Source: Escherichia coli (GTDB lineage: Bacteria; Pseudomonadota; Gammaproteobacteria; Enterobacterales; Enterobacteriaceae). Taken from it: a stretch of 64,000 nucleotides of DNA. The notes under the pieces were generated by a model. It saw only the letters and a list, made by a program, of their open reading frames with translations. It was not told the DNA's origin and ran no database searches. Within the stretch, counting starts at the first letter, position 1; every line of letters begins with the position of its first letter. The stretch lies in assembly GCF_041886205.1 (NCBI RefSeq), contig NZ_CP169029.1, one strand, 5' to 3'. Shown in pieces: positions 1 to 11,001 of this stretch. Both the position numbers and the translations under genes were made by a program.

Positions 1-603
1 GGCGGACCGGGGATGTTAATGATGGTGCAACCCTTGCGGGACGCCATTCATGCAGCAAAAGCCGCGGCGGGTGAAGGCGCAAAGGTGATTTATCTGTCAC
101 CACAGGGACGCAAGCTTGATCAAGCGGGCGTCAGCGAACTGGCAACGAATCAAAAATTGATTCTGGTGTGCGGTCGCTACGAAGGTATAGATGAGCGCGT
201 GATCCAAACCGAAATTGACGAAGAATGGTCAATCGGCGATTACGTTCTCAGTGGTGGTGAGTTACCAGCAATGACGCTGATTGACTCCGTTTCCCGGTTT
301 ATTCCGGGAGTACTGGGACATGAAGCCTCAGCAACAGAAGATTCCTTTGCTGAAGGATTGCTGGATTGCCCGCACTATACGCGGCCTGAGGTGTTAGAAG
401 GGATGGAAGTTCCGCCAGTGTTACTGTCGGGCAACCATGCCGAGATACGTCGCTGGCGTTTGAAACAGTCGCTGGGCCGTACCTGGCTTAGAAGACCTGA
501 ACTTCTGGAAAACCTGGCTCTGACTGAAGAGCAAGCAAGGTTGCTGGCGGAGTTCAAAACGGAACACGCACAACAGCAACATAAACATGATGGGATGGCG
601 TAA
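1..603 (+). CDS. trmD: tRNA (guanine37-N1)-methyltransferase TrmD, C-terminal portion; 5' end lies outside the window
   Basis: ORF 13..603 is open to the window edge; C-terminus ...[13 protein letters not shown] recognised as TrmD; immediately upstream of rplS as in the rpsP-rimM-trmD-rplS operon. Confidence 0.88.
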
Positions 604-641
604 GCCCCCGAGATATCAGTTTACCCAGGATAAGAGATTAA

Positions 642-992
<351 letters not shown>

Positions 993-1021
993 GATTTCGC
1001 TTAAGCGACATCCTGTTAAGA

Positions 1022-1051
1022 AGGGCTGGCCAATTGGCTGGCCCTTTTTTT
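1022..1051. terminator. Rho-independent terminator after rplS (GC hairpin around a ggccaattggcc core, then T-run); sits between convergent rplS and yfiB
   Basis: Inverted repeat agggctggcc...ggctggccct followed by ttttttt, read directly. Confidence 0.6.
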
Positions 1052-1068
1052 ATCTGTTTGCTCGTGTT

Positions 1069-1551
1069 TTAAGGGGTAGTAATCACCACTGCGACGCGGC
1101 GGTTCTCGGCGCGGCCCTGGGCGGTCTTGTTACTGGCTATGGGATATTTTTTTCCTAAACCCTGTGTGGTGAGATTGCTGCGCGGAATTTGTCCACCCTT
1201 AGCCCATGCATCGGCCACGACATTCGCCCGTTTCAATGATAAGCCTTCGTTGTAACTGTCTTCAACATAGTTATCGGTGTGTCCATCCATACGGGCATGT
1301 GTTAGCCCTGTCGAGGCCAATTTGGCTGCCATGGTTTGGATCTGTTGCTGGCTTTCCGGGAGCAATTTGTAGTCATTTTTGGCGAACAGAATGGCATCTG
1401 ATAAGCCCAGCGACCAGTCGCCGGCGGATTCAGTAAATCCATAAGATTGCATAGCGGCGACTTGCTCAGGAGTAAACTTTCCCTGAGGGGACTGGCAGCC
1501 AGTCAGTATTAGTGAGGTGAAAATCAGGGGTGCTACCAGGTGCTTTATCAT
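1069..1551 (-). CDS. yfiB: OmpA-like outer-membrane lipoprotein YfiB (Pal-like, lipobox LTGC)
   Basis: 160-aa ORF with signal peptide and lipobox cysteine, C-terminal OmpA-like peptidoglycan-binding region; last gene of the yfiR-dgcN-yfiB cluster. Confidence 0.88.
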   Translation of the reverse strand: MIKHLVAPLIFTSLILTGCQSPQGKFTPEQVAAMQSYGFTESAGDWSLGLSDAILFAKNDYKLLPESQQQIQTMAAKLASTGLTHARMDGHTDNYVEDSYNEGLSLKRANVVADAWAKGGQIPRSNLTTQGLGKKYPIASNKTAQGRAENRRVAVVITTP

Positions 1552-1566
1552 ATCGATATATCCTTG

Positions 1567-2793
1567 TTATCTCACCAGCTTTTCGGCACGCTGGTGTTTG
1601 GCCTGATACATATTGTGATCGGCAAGCTCTTGTAATTTTTCCGCAGAGGAGTGCTCAATGGTCATCGCGTAACCAATGCTTAATGTCATGGTGGTCTGAT
1701 AGCCATTATGAAGATCAAACGGGAGATTAAAGATTTGTGTCAGTGCTGAACATATCTGCTGCACTTCAGATTCCGACTGTACATCATAGAGCACCATAGC
1801 GAATTCATCGCCGCCTATGCGGTATGCTTTATGTCGCAGCCCGCCAAATTCAGCTAACCGTTTTGCGATTTCAATCAAGACTCGATCGCCCGTCGCATGA
1901 CCCCAGGTATCATTGATATATTTGAAATTATCGCCATCAAGAAATAGTAACGCCGACGTTTTTCGGGCATCGGAACTGTTCATCAACGTGTTGATACCGC
2001 TACGAAACGCTGCGCGGTTAGCCAGCCCGGTTAATGGGTCATGTAGTGCGGTACGTAGAAGCTGCGCATTTTTGGCCTGTAAACGAAGCTGCCACTCTTC
2101 CATTTCATCCAGCAGACTGTTGAAGTCGAGAGCGAATCGGTGAAACTCAGCGATACGTTCTTCCGAAACTCGTCGGGAAAAATTGCGGTTGGAACGCACA
2201 TCATGTACGACATCGGTGATATTTTTCAGCGCTTCCACCAGGCCATTGTGCAAATGGCGGGTGAGGGTAATTGCGATGCCTGATGCCAGCAGAATACAAC
2301 CGGTCAGTACGGCGAGCGAAAACCAGATAAAATGGCTGATTGAACTGTCGCGAGCGGTTAAGCGTACTTCGCCAATGGTTTCACCATTGTGACGAATCGG
2401 CTGAATGATGGGGGCAGGGAAGAGCCAGTGGCTTATGAAATTGCTGAAAGTATCGCCTGGATCCTTACGGGTGTAATGCCAGGATGCCAGAATATTTTGC
2501 TGCTTATCACGCACTTCTGCAGTTGAAAATTGGCCTTGCTGGCCCAGCGCTGCCAGCGTTTCAGTTGCTGCAGGGCCATCGGCAAAAACGACCGCTGCTT
2601 CCAGACTGTAAGTCATTGTTGCTGCTGTCAGTGCCAGGTTTTTTTGCGCGTACTGTTTCAGGGTCAGCACCGAGGTCACGGAAAGCAGCAACCAGATCAG
2701 CATCATAGTGATAAATATGCTGGTCATACTGATGTTGCGTAATGCTCTTTTAAACGTGGGGCGCTTATTAAGAGAATTATCGTTATCCATCAT
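1567..2793 (-). CDS. dgcN: Inner-membrane diguanylate cyclase DgcN/YfiN (periplasmic sensor, HAMP, GGDEF)
   Basis: 408-aa ORF with N-terminal TM segments and GGDEF motif ([10 protein letters not shown]); 11-nt overlap with yfiR upstream. Confidence 0.9.
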   Translation of the reverse strand: MMDNDNSLNKRPTFKRALRNISMTSIFITMMLIWLLLSVTSVLTLKQYAQKNLALTAATMTYSLEAAVVFADGPAATETLAALGQQGQFSTAEVRDKQQNILASWHYTRKDPGDTFSNFISHWLFPAPIIQPIRHNGETIGEVRLTARDSSISHFIWFSLAVLTGCILLASGIAITLTRHLHNGLVEALKNITDVVHDVRSNRNFSRRVSEERIAEFHRFALDFNSLLDEMEEWQLRLQAKNAQLLRTALHDPLTGLANRAAFRSGINTLMNSSDARKTSALLFLDGDNFKYINDTWGHATGDRVLIEIAKRLAEFGGLRHKAYRIGGDEFAMVLYDVQSESEVQQICSALTQIFNLPFDLHNGYQTTMTLSIGYAMTIEHSSAEKLQELADHNMYQAKHQRAEKLVR

Positions 2794-3301
2794 TTTTCTT
2801 CCGTGCGAGCATTAAGACATCCGGGTTGACCTTTACACCGCTACGCGATAAGGCATGCAGGTTTACGGCAAATCTGACGTCATTATTGTGGATGATCAGA
2901 CAAAAGGCGCTACCAATAATGCACTCGGTATTTTGTTCGGCAATTAATAATAACGCCTTTGACGGATATTGTTCGGTTAATTCCATCTGGAATGTCGGTG
3001 ACTCGTTGCCAAAATAAAAACCATTGCAGCCTGAAATCATCGCCTCTTGTTGAGTGTGAATGATGACAGGCAGATAAGGCAAAGATGTCGCGGCATTCTC
3101 TTGTAGGGCGGTACTAAAACGTGAAGATGAAAAGATACATAACTTTGGTGGCCCTGATAGCGCAGGCCAGCGGGTGTAACTGACAATACCGGAAACCATC
3201 ATACGCACGTTTTTCGCAACGTCAGAAGGCTCCTGAGCGAGTATTGGTGCTCCCGTCAGCAGGAGAATCAGAAGTAAGAACAGTCGGTGAGAAAAACGCA
3301 T
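2783..3301 (-). CDS. yfiR: Periplasmic repressor of DgcN, YfiR
   Basis: 172-aa ORF with signal peptide, first gene of the yfiRNB operon. Confidence 0.86.
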   Translation of the reverse strand: MRFSHRLFLLLILLLTGAPILAQEPSDVAKNVRMMVSGIVSYTRWPALSGPPKLCIFSSSRFSTALQENAATSLPYLPVIIHTQQEAMISGCNGFYFGNESPTFQMELTEQYPSKALLLIAEQNTECIIGSAFCLIIHNNDVRFAVNLHALSRSGVKVNPDVLMLARKKNDG

Positions 3302-3450
3302 TCAGGGATCCCCACCATCTTCGCTCGAAATGCATCGATATTTTTTCAGAATACTCATTAAAATATCATTTTTTCATGCGATAGTCATCAATGTGAGAAA
3401 TAAAACACAATGAGTAAAATTTTATGTTTAATTTATTTGTGGGGTTTTAA

Positions 3451-3834
3451 TTAATTTAATCGTATTGTGCTGGCATTTTCATCAGCCCCTTTTTGCCATA
3501 CTTCATGCAATTGGCTGGCATTTTCAACATTGTTGCAGCTGGCAGGAAAGCTTTTACCGGAAAGTCCTCGGGCATAAGTAAAATCGGTCTGGCAAGTTTT
3601 CTTTTGTCCTTCGGCATATCCTTTAAGGTATAGACCGCGATCCGCCTGTGAATCGCTAAATGCATCGTCATCTTTTATGGCGCTGCCCGATATCGCATCT
3701 TCCATACCAACATCATACCAGTCGGTGCTGGTCAAGGTTGGCGCGTGAGTATAAGGATCAATCTGACATCCGCTAACCAGTAAAGCCAACAAGGGGGCGA
3801 TAAATTTTTTCATCATTTCTTTCTCCTTTTTCAA
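3451..3834 (-). CDS. yfiL: Small lipoprotein YfiL (true start may be an internal Met)
   Basis: ORF with signal peptide and lipobox (LVSGC); position between yfiR and aroF. Confidence 0.7.
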   Translation of the reverse strand: MKKEKEMMKKFIAPLLALLVSGCQIDPYTHAPTLTSTDWYDVGMEDAISGSAIKDDDAFSDSQADRGLYLKGYAEGQKKTCQTDFTYARGLSGKSFPASCNNVENASQLHEVWQKGADENASTIRLN

Positions 3835-3861
3835 AGCATAGCGGATTGTTTTTAAAGGAGG

Positions 3862-3953
3862 TGTAAATTTATTTGTACGAAAATAAGCGTCAAAGCGCGA
3901 ATAAATTGTTTTTGTAAAGAAAAATGTACGAAATATGGATTGAAAACTTTACT
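3862..3953. promoter_or_regulatory. Three TyrR-box-like sites (TGTAAA-N6-TTTACA family) in the aroF promoter region
   Basis: tgtaaatttatttgtacg (3862..3879), tgtaaagaaaaatgtacg (3913..3930) and tggattgaaaactttact (3936..3953, box on opposite strand) read directly. Confidence 0.6.
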
Positions 3954-4024
3954 GTATGTGTTATCGTTACGTCATCCTCGCTGAGGATCAACTATCGCAA
4001 ACGAGCATAAACAGGATCGCCATC

Positions 4025-5095
4025 ATGCAAAAAGACGCGCTGAATAACGTACATATTACCGACGAACAGGTTTTAATGACTCCGGAACAACTGAAGGCCG
4101 CTTTTCCATTGAGCCTGCAACAAGAAGCCCAGATTGCTGACTCGCGTAAAACCATTTCAGATATTATCGCCGGGCGCGATCCTCGTCTGCTGGTAGTATG
4201 TGGTCCTTGTTCCATTCATGATCCGGAAACTGCTCTGGAATATGCTCGTCGATTTAAAGCCCTTGCCGCAGAGGTCAGCGATAGCCTCTATCTGGTAATG
4301 CGCGTCTATTTTGAAAAACCCCGTACCACTGTCGGCTGGAAAGGGTTAATTAACGATCCCCATATGGATGGCTCTTTTGATGTAGAAGCCGGGCTGCAGA
4401 TCGCGCGTAAATTGCTGCTTGAGCTGGTGAATATGGGACTGCCACTGGCGACGGAAGCGTTAGATCCGAATAGCCCGCAATACCTGGGCGATCTGTTTAG
4501 CTGGTCAGCAATTGGTGCTCGTACAACGGAATCGCAAACTCACCGTGAAATGGCCTCCGGGCTTTCCATGCCGGTTGGTTTTAAAAACGGCACCGATGGC
4601 AGTCTGGCAACGGCAATTAACGCTATGCGCGCCGCCGCCCAGCCGCACCGTTTTGTTGGCATTAACCAGGCAGGGCAGGTTGCGTTGCTACAAACTCAGG
4701 GAAATCCGGACGGGCATGTTATCCTGCGTGGTGGTAAAGCGCCGAACTATAGCCCTGCGGATGTTGCGCAATGTGAAAAAGAGATGGAACAGGCGGGACT
4801 GCGCCCGTCTCTGATGGTAGATTGCAGCCACGGTAATTCCAATAAAGATTATCGCCGTCAGCCTGCGGTGGCAGAATCCGTGGTTGCTCAAATCAAAGAT
4901 GGCAATCGCTCAATTATTGGTCTGATGATCGAAAGTAATATCCACGAGGGCAATCAGTCTTCCGAGCAACCGCGCAGTGAAATGAAATACGGTGTATCCG
5001 TAACCGATGCCTGCATTAGCTGGGAAATGACCGATGCCTTGCTGCGTGAAATTCACCAGGATCTGAACGGGCAGCTGACGGCTCGCGTGGCTTAA
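4025..5095 (+). CDS. aroF: Tyrosine-sensitive DAHP synthase (3-deoxy-7-phosphoheptulonate synthase)
   Basis: ORF 3956..5095; start placed at internal ATG giving [11 protein letters not shown]... (356 aa); class I DAHP synthase motifs; followed by tyrA. Confidence 0.93.
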   Translation: MQKDALNNVHITDEQVLMTPEQLKAAFPLSLQQEAQIADSRKTISDIIAGRDPRLLVVCGPCSIHDPETALEYARRFKALAAEVSDSLYLVMRVYFEKPRTTVGWKGLINDPHMDGSFDVEAGLQIARKLLLELVNMGLPLATEALDPNSPQYLGDLFSWSAIGARTTESQTHREMASGLSMPVGFKNGTDGSLATAINAMRAAAQPHRFVGINQAGQVALLQTQGNPDGHVILRGGKAPNYSPADVAQCEKEMEQAGLRPSLMVDCSHGNSNKDYRRQPAVAESVVAQIKDGNRSIIGLMIESNIHEGNQSSEQPRSEMKYGVSVTDACISWEMTDALLREIHQDLNGQLTARVA

Positions 5096-5105
5096 GAGGT
5101 TTATT

Positions 5106-6227
5106 ATGGTTGCTGAATTGACCGCATTACGCGATCAAATTGATGAAGTCGATAAAGCGCTGCTGAATTTATTAGCGAAGCGTCTGGAACTGGTTGCTGA
5201 AGTGGGCGAGGTGAAAAGCCGCTTTGGACTGCCTATTTATGTTCCGGAGCGCGAGGCATCTATGCTGGCCTCACGTCGTGCAGAGGCGGAAGCTCTGGGT
5301 GTACCGCCAGATCTGATTGAGGATGTTTTGCGTCGGGTGATGCGTGAATCTTACTCCAGTGAAAACGACAAAGGATTTAAAACACTTTGTCCGTCACTGC
5401 GTCCGGTGGTTATCGTCGGTGGTGGCGGTCAGATGGGACGTCTGTTCGAGAAGATGCTGATACTCTCGGGTTATCAGGTGCGGATTCTGGAGCAACATGA
5501 CTGGGATCGAGCGGCTGATATTGTTGCCGATGCTGGAATGGTGATTGTTAGTGTGCCCATTCATGTTACTGAGCAAGTTATCGGCAAATTACCGCCTTTA
5601 CCGAAAGATTGTATTCTGGTTGATCTGGCATCAGTGAAAAATGGACCGTTACAGGCCATGCTGGCGGCGCACGATGGCCCGGTACTGGGGTTACACCCAA
5701 TGTTCGGTCCGGACAGCGGTAGCCTGGCAAAGCAAGTTGTGGTCTGGTGTGATGGACGTAAGCCGGAAGCATACCAATGGTTTCTGGAGCAAATTCAGGT
5801 CTGGGGCGCTCGGCTGCATCGTATTAGCGCTGTCGAGCACGATCAGAATATGGCGTTTATTCAGGCTCTGCGCCACTTTGCTACTTTTGCTTATGGGCTG
5901 CACCTGGCAGAAGAAAATGTTCAGCTTGAGCAACTTCTGGCGCTCTCTTCGCCGATTTACCGCCTTGAACTGGCGATGGTTGGGCGACTGTTTGCTCAGG
6001 ATCCGCAGCTTTATGCCGACATTATTATGTCGTCAGAGCGTAATCTGGCGTTAATCAAACGTTACTATAAGCGTTTCGGCGAGGCGATTGAGTTGCTGGA
6101 GCAGGGCGATAAGCAGGCGTTTATTGACAGTTTCCGCAAGGTGGAGCACTGGTTCGGCGATTACGCACAGCGTTTTCAGAGTGAAAGCCGCGTGTTATTG
6201 CGTCAGGCGAATGACAACCGCCAGTAA
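5106..6227 (+). CDS. tyrA: Bifunctional chorismate mutase / prephenate dehydrogenase (T-protein)
   Basis: 373-aa ORF; N-terminal chorismate mutase, NAD-binding GGGGQMG motif. Confidence 0.95.
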   Translation: MVAELTALRDQIDEVDKALLNLLAKRLELVAEVGEVKSRFGLPIYVPEREASMLASRRAEAEALGVPPDLIEDVLRRVMRESYSSENDKGFKTLCPSLRPVVIVGGGGQMGRLFEKMLILSGYQVRILEQHDWDRAADIVADAGMVIVSVPIHVTEQVIGKLPPLPKDCILVDLASVKNGPLQAMLAAHDGPVLGLHPMFGPDSGSLAKQVVVWCDGRKPEAYQWFLEQIQVWGARLHRISAVEHDQNMAFIQALRHFATFAYGLHLAEENVQLEQLLALSSPIYRLELAMVGRLFAQDPQLYADIIMSSERNLALIKRYYKRFGEAIELLEQGDKQAFIDSFRKVEHWFGDYAQRFQSESRVLLRQANDNRQ

Positions 6228-6234
6228 TAATCCA

Positions 6235-6267
6235 GTGCCGGGTGATTCACATCATCCGGCACCTTTT
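6235..6267. terminator. Hairpin terminator between convergent tyrA and pheA
   Basis: gtgccgggtga...tcatccggcac inverted repeat followed by cttttc. Confidence 0.5.
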
Positions 6268-6269
6268 CA

Positions 6270-7430
6270 TCAGGTTGGATCAACAGGCACTACGTTCTCA
6301 CTTGGGTAACAGCCCAATACCTTCATCGAACGGGTGATGTCCCCTAACTCTTTCAATGCTTTTTGCATTTCCGCTGATTCAAGATTGGCCTGAATATCCA
6401 GATAAAACATCTCTTCCCATGGATTACCGTGAATCGGGCGTGACTCCAGACGGGTCATAATCAGATTGTGGTTGCGCAATACCAGCAATGCTTCAACCAG
6501 CGCACCAGCTTGTTGTCCGGTCGCCATTAACAACGTCGTTTTCGCCGGAACCTGGTCAGACACATTAATGGCTTTACGTGCCAACACCACAAATCGGGTG
6601 AAGTTTTGTCGCTGATTCGCTTCAATACGCTCCAGTACCTGCAAACCGTACAAAGTGCCGCCAGCTTCGCTTCCCAACGCAGCAACATGCGGTGATTTTG
6701 CCTGTGCAACCTTTTCCATTGCCGCAGACGTACTTTCGGTATATTCAATCTTCCAGTGCGGATAACGATTAAGGAATTTGCTGCATTGCTGGAATGGCTG
6801 CGGATGGCTGTAGACCGTATTAATGGTGGATAAATCAGTCGTGCCGGAGACCAACAAACAATGGTCGATAGTTAACGTCATCTCGCCAACAATCGACAAG
6901 CTGGTATGTTGCAGCAGATCGTAAACGTCGTTTATGGCACCGGAGCTGGTATTTTCAATCGGTACGACGGCATAGTCGGCCTGGCCGGTTTCCACCTGAT
7001 TAAAAATATCGGCAAATTTGGCGCAGCCACTTTCAATGAATTGCTCAAAGTGACGGGCAGCATACTGGCGCGCCGCAAGATGGGAATAAGAACCTTTGGG
7101 GCCGAGAAAAGCGATGCGTGCTGAGTGCGGATTAATTTTATTGAGATGTTGCTGGAGCAAAGCCTGCTGAGTTAATACGGAATCTTCAATGATGAGCTGG
7201 AACAGGCGAGTAATGTAATGGGCGTCCAGATGGTGCGCTTTACCGAGCGTAATTAATCTTTCCAGTAAATCGCGTTCACGATCAATATCACGTACCGGGC
7301 GATGCGAGAGCAGTTTGGCTTTTCCCACCTCGACGGCCAGTTCGCGCCGCTCTGCGAGTAATGCTAATAATTTTTCATCCAGCGCGCTGATTTTCTCTCG
7401 CAGCGCCAGTAACGGGTTTTCCGATGTCAT
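6270..7430 (-). CDS. pheA: Bifunctional chorismate mutase / prephenate dehydratase (P-protein)
   Basis: 386-aa [25 protein letters not shown]...; pheL leader upstream. Confidence 0.95.
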   Translation of the reverse strand: MTSENPLLALREKISALDEKLLALLAERRELAVEVGKAKLLSHRPVRDIDRERDLLERLITLGKAHHLDAHYITRLFQLIIEDSVLTQQALLQQHLNKINPHSARIAFLGPKGSYSHLAARQYAARHFEQFIESGCAKFADIFNQVETGQADYAVVPIENTSSGAINDVYDLLQHTSLSIVGEMTLTIDHCLLVSGTTDLSTINTVYSHPQPFQQCSKFLNRYPHWKIEYTESTSAAMEKVAQAKSPHVAALGSEAGGTLYGLQVLERIEANQRQNFTRFVVLARKAINVSDQVPAKTTLLMATGQQAGALVEALLVLRNHNLIMTRLESRPIHGNPWEEMFYLDIQANLESAEMQKALKELGDITRSMKVLGCYPSENVVPVDPT

Positions 7431-7450
7431 AGTGTTGCCTTTTTGTTATC

Positions 7451-7486
7451 AATAAAAAAGGCCCCCCGATTTGGGAGGCCTTATTG
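7451..7486 (-). terminator. pheA attenuator terminator hairpin (minus strand)
   Basis: On minus strand ggcctcccaaatcggggggcc followed by ttttttatt, between pheL stop and pheA start. Confidence 0.7.
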
Positions 7487-7528
7487 TTCGTCTTCGCATT
7501 CTGTTTCACACGACGAAACGCCTCCCAT

Positions 7529-7576
7529 TCAGGGGAAGGTAAAAAAGAATGCGAAGAAAAACGGTGTGTGTTTCAT
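7529..7576 (-). CDS. pheL: pheA leader peptide (15 aa, 7 Phe codons), translated here as MKHTPFFFAFFFTFP
   Basis: Manual translation of the minus strand; not in the ORF track because it is below the length cut-off. Confidence 0.85.
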   Translation of the reverse strand: MKHTPFFFAFFFTFP

Positions 7577-7631
7577 GTTTGTTTCCTTAAGTGACTTTAG
7601 TACAGTACCCGTACTGTTTTCACGCTGTCAA

Positions 7632-7655
7632 CAAAAAACGCGCCCGAAGGCGCGT
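7632..7655 (-). terminator. Rho-independent terminator downstream of raiA (minus strand)
   Basis: acgcgcccgaaggcgcgt hairpin preceded on the plus strand by an A-run (T-run on minus strand). Confidence 0.6.
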
Positions 7656-7679
7656 TGGCGATACACTCAATATAAAGGA

Positions 7680-8075
<396 letters not shown>

Positions 8076-8243
8076 TCAAAATGTGTGATGGAAATCTCAT
8101 AATTTTGTCACTTTTTGTCAACGAATCTTTTTTGTGAGAAATCGCAGGAAGAGGTGTTTTTTTACTTGAGGAATATCTCAAAGCGAGCCATATTTGATGA
8201 GATAGATAGTGACTAAATCGCTTCAGTTTCACAACTAACAGAA

Positions 8244-8272
8244 TAAAAAAACGGCAGCTCAAGGGCTGCCGT
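8244..8272 (-). terminator. Terminator downstream of bamD (minus strand)
   Basis: acggcag...ctgccgt hairpin with A-run upstream on the plus strand. Confidence 0.5.
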
Positions 8273-8291
8273 TTTGTGTTTCAGGTTTCTG

Positions 8292-9029
8292 TTATGTATT
8301 GCTGCTGTTTGCGGCGATGATTTTCGCTACTTTTTCAGCTTGCGCATTCATCTGCATCTGACGGTATGCATTTTCCATCAGCGGCAGCGCATCACGCGTA
8401 GCCTGGGTATCCGGGTAGTCGCGCAACATGCCTTCTACGCGGTTAACGACGGCAACCCATGCGCCACGTTCTGTATAGTACTCGGCCACGGAGTATTCAT
8501 ATTTCGCCAGACGATCTTTCAGGAATACCAGACGTTTGGTGGCATCGGTGGTGTACTGACTGTTTGGATAGCCGCGCACCAGTTTGGAAAAGTCACTAAA
8601 CGCAGCTCGTGCATGTTGAGGATCGCGATCGCTACGATCGACGCCAAAGAACCCTTGCAGCGCACTGTCATCCAGCGCCATATTGGTCAGGCCACGCATG
8701 TACATAACATAATCGATATTCGGATGGGTCGGGTTAAGGCGAATAAAACGATCGATGGCAGCCTGTGCTAACGGCAAATCGGCGTTTTTATAGTAGGCGT
8801 AGATGAGATCCAGCTGCACCTGCTGCGAATACGGACCAAACGGATAGCGATTATCTAACGCTTCCAGTTGCGTTATTGCCTGTCTCCAGTTACCGTCCTG
8901 CAGCTTTTGTTGTGCAGTCGCGTAAATTTCATTTGGCGGATTATCAGGTACTTCTTCCTTTGACCCCGAGCAACCCGCCAAAAACAGGCTTAGTGTGGCG
9001 GCTGCCACCAGATATTTCATGCGCGTCAT
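8292..9029 (-). CDS. bamD: Outer-membrane protein assembly factor BamD (TPR lipoprotein)
   Basis: 245-aa ORF with lipobox (LAGCSG); divergent from rluD. Confidence 0.93.
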
Positions 9030-9163
9030 GACGTTTTGACTTTCCTCAAAATGTAATACGGGAGATTCTCTGTTCCTGCTCCCGGTTAAGACCAGCTACA
9101 ATAGCACACTATATTAAACGGCAAAGCCGTAAAACCCCAACGATAAACGAAGAAGCAGTATAT

Positions 9164-10144
9164 ATGGCACAACGAGTACAGCTCACTGCAACGGTGTCCG
9201 AAAACCAACTCGGTCAACGCTTAGATCAGGCTTTGGCCGAAATGTTCCCGGATTATTCACGTTCGCGGATAAAAGAATGGATCCTCGACCAGCGCGTGCT
9301 GGTTAACGGCAAAGTTTGTGATAAGCCGAAAGAAAAAGTATTGGGTGGCGAGCAGGTTGCCATCAACGCTGAGATTGAAGAAGAAGCGCGTTTTGAACCG
9401 CAGGATATCCCGCTGGATATCGTCTATGAAGATGAAGACATTATTATCATTAATAAACCGCGCGACCTGGTGGTACATCCTGGCGCGGGTAACCCGGATG
9501 GCACGGTACTGAATGCGTTGCTTCATTACTATCCACCCATTGCCGATGTACCGCGTGCGGGCATCGTCCATCGTCTGGATAAAGACACCACTGGCCTGAT
9601 GGTTGTGGCAAAAACCGTTCCGGCTCAGACGCGTTTAGTCGAATCTTTGCAACGGCGTGAAATTACTCGTGAGTATGAAGCGGTGGCGATTGGTCATATG
9701 ACCGCTGGCGGTACAGTAGATGAACCAATCAGCCGCCACCCGACCAAACGTACTCACATGGCGGTGCATCCGATGGGCAAACCAGCGGTGACTCACTATC
9801 GCATCATGGAACACTTCCGTGTGCACACGCGTCTGCGGTTGCGTCTGGAAACTGGACGTACGCACCAGATCCGCGTGCATATGGCCCATATCACTCATCC
9901 GCTGGTGGGCGATCCGGTTTATGGTGGTCGTCCGCGTCCGCCAAAAGGTGCTTCGGAAGCATTTATCTCCACGCTGCGTAAGTTTGACCGCCAGGCGCTT
10001 CATGCAACCATGCTGCGTCTTTATCACCCGATCTCCGGCATCGAAATGGAATGGCATGCGCCTATTCCACAAGATATGGTGGAGCTGATTGAGGTGATGC
10101 GCGCCGATTTCGAAGAGCATAAAGATGAAGTGGACTGGTTATGA
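9164..10144 (+). CDS. rluD: 23S rRNA pseudouridine(1911/1915/1917) synthase RluD
   Basis: 326-aa ORF with S4 domain and RluA-family catalytic motif (HRLDKDTTGL). Confidence 0.93.
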   Translation: MAQRVQLTATVSENQLGQRLDQALAEMFPDYSRSRIKEWILDQRVLVNGKVCDKPKEKVLGGEQVAINAEIEEEARFEPQDIPLDIVYEDEDIIIINKPRDLVVHPGAGNPDGTVLNALLHYYPPIADVPRAGIVHRLDKDTTGLMVVAKTVPAQTRLVESLQRREITREYEAVAIGHMTAGGTVDEPISRHPTKRTHMAVHPMGKPAVTHYRIMEHFRVHTRLRLRLETGRTHQIRVHMAHITHPLVGDPVYGGRPRPPKGASEAFISTLRKFDRQALHATMLRLYHPISGIEMEWHAPIPQDMVELIEVMRADFEEHKDEVDWL

Positions 10145-10872
10145 GTAAGCTGATTGTCCCGCAGTGGCCGCTGCCAAAAGGTGTTGCGGCCTGTAGCTCT
10201 ACTCGTATCGGCGGCGTGAGCTTGCCCCCGTATGACTCGCTCAACCTCGGTGCCCATTGTGGCGATAACCCGGATCACGTTGAGGAGAATCGCAAGCGAC
10301 TTTTTGCTGCGGGCAATTTGCCTTCTAAACCGGTCTGGCTTGAGCAGGTACACGGCAAAGATGTGCTTAAGCTTACTGGCGAACCTTATGCCTCAAAACG
10401 AGCAGATGCCTCTTATAGCAATACGCCTGGCACGGTTTGCGCAGTGATGACTGCCGACTGCCTCCCTGTGCTGTTTTGCAATCGAGCGGGAACGGAAGTC
10501 GCCGCCGCTCATGCTGGCTGGCGTGGACTGTGCGCAGGCGTGCTGGAAGAGACGGTTTCCTGTTTTGCTGATAAACCTGAAAACATTCTCGCCTGGTTAG
10601 GGCCGGCAATTGGTCCACGCGCGTTCGAAGTGGGGGCGGAGGTTCGCGAGGCGTTTATGGCAGTAGACGCTAAAGCAAGTGCAGCTTTCATTCAGCATGG
10701 TGATAAGTATCTGGCGGATATTTATCAGCTTGCCCGGCAGCGTCTGGCGAACGTGGGTGTTGAGCAAATTTTCGGCGGCGACCGTTGTACATATACGGAA
10801 AATGAGACTTTCTTCTCTTATCGTCGCGACAAGACCACCGGTCGTATGGCAAGTTTCATTTGGCTGATATAA
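10141..10872 (+). CDS. yfiH: YfiH/PgeF (DUF152, purine nucleoside phosphorylase / laccase-like family)
   Basis: 243-aa ORF; start overlaps rluD stop (ATGA). Confidence 0.85.
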   Translation: MSKLIVPQWPLPKGVAACSSTRIGGVSLPPYDSLNLGAHCGDNPDHVEENRKRLFAAGNLPSKPVWLEQVHGKDVLKLTGEPYASKRADASYSNTPGTVCAVMTADCLPVLFCNRAGTEVAAAHAGWRGLCAGVLEETVSCFADKPENILAWLGPAIGPRAFEVGAEVREAFMAVDAKASAAFIQHGDKYLADIYQLARQRLANVGVEQIFGGDRCTYTENETFFSYRRDKTTGRMASFIWLI

Positions 10873-10934
10873 CCTAAAGAATCAAGACGATCCGGTACGC
10901 GTGATTTTCTTTTCACATTAATCTGGTCAATAAC

Positions 10935-10964
10935 CTTGAATAATTGAGGGATGACCTCATTTAA
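10935..10964 (+). promoter_or_regulatory. Sigma-32 heat-shock promoter of clpB
   Basis: cttgaa ... cctcatttaa, matching the CTTGAA-N13-15-CCCCATNT class, about 40-65 nt upstream of clpB. Confidence 0.6.
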
Positions 10965-11001
10965 TCTCCAGTAGCAACTTTGATCCGTTATGGGAGGAGT
11001 T

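Noticed and set aside
3956-4024. 5' extensions of ORFs in the track beyond the conserved starts (aroF, rpoE, rseA, pdxJ, grcA, yfiF, trmN6, yfhH, glrR, yfiP, glyA, clpB)
   Set aside because: The extensions lack RBS support and are not part of the recognised protein N-termini; the shorter starts were used instead.
10873-11001. Possible additional small RNA near clpB (a RyfD-like transcript has been reported in this neighbourhood)
   Set aside because: I could not identify a promoter/terminator pair or a recognisable sequence for it by eye and cannot place it reliably; left unannotated rather than guessed.
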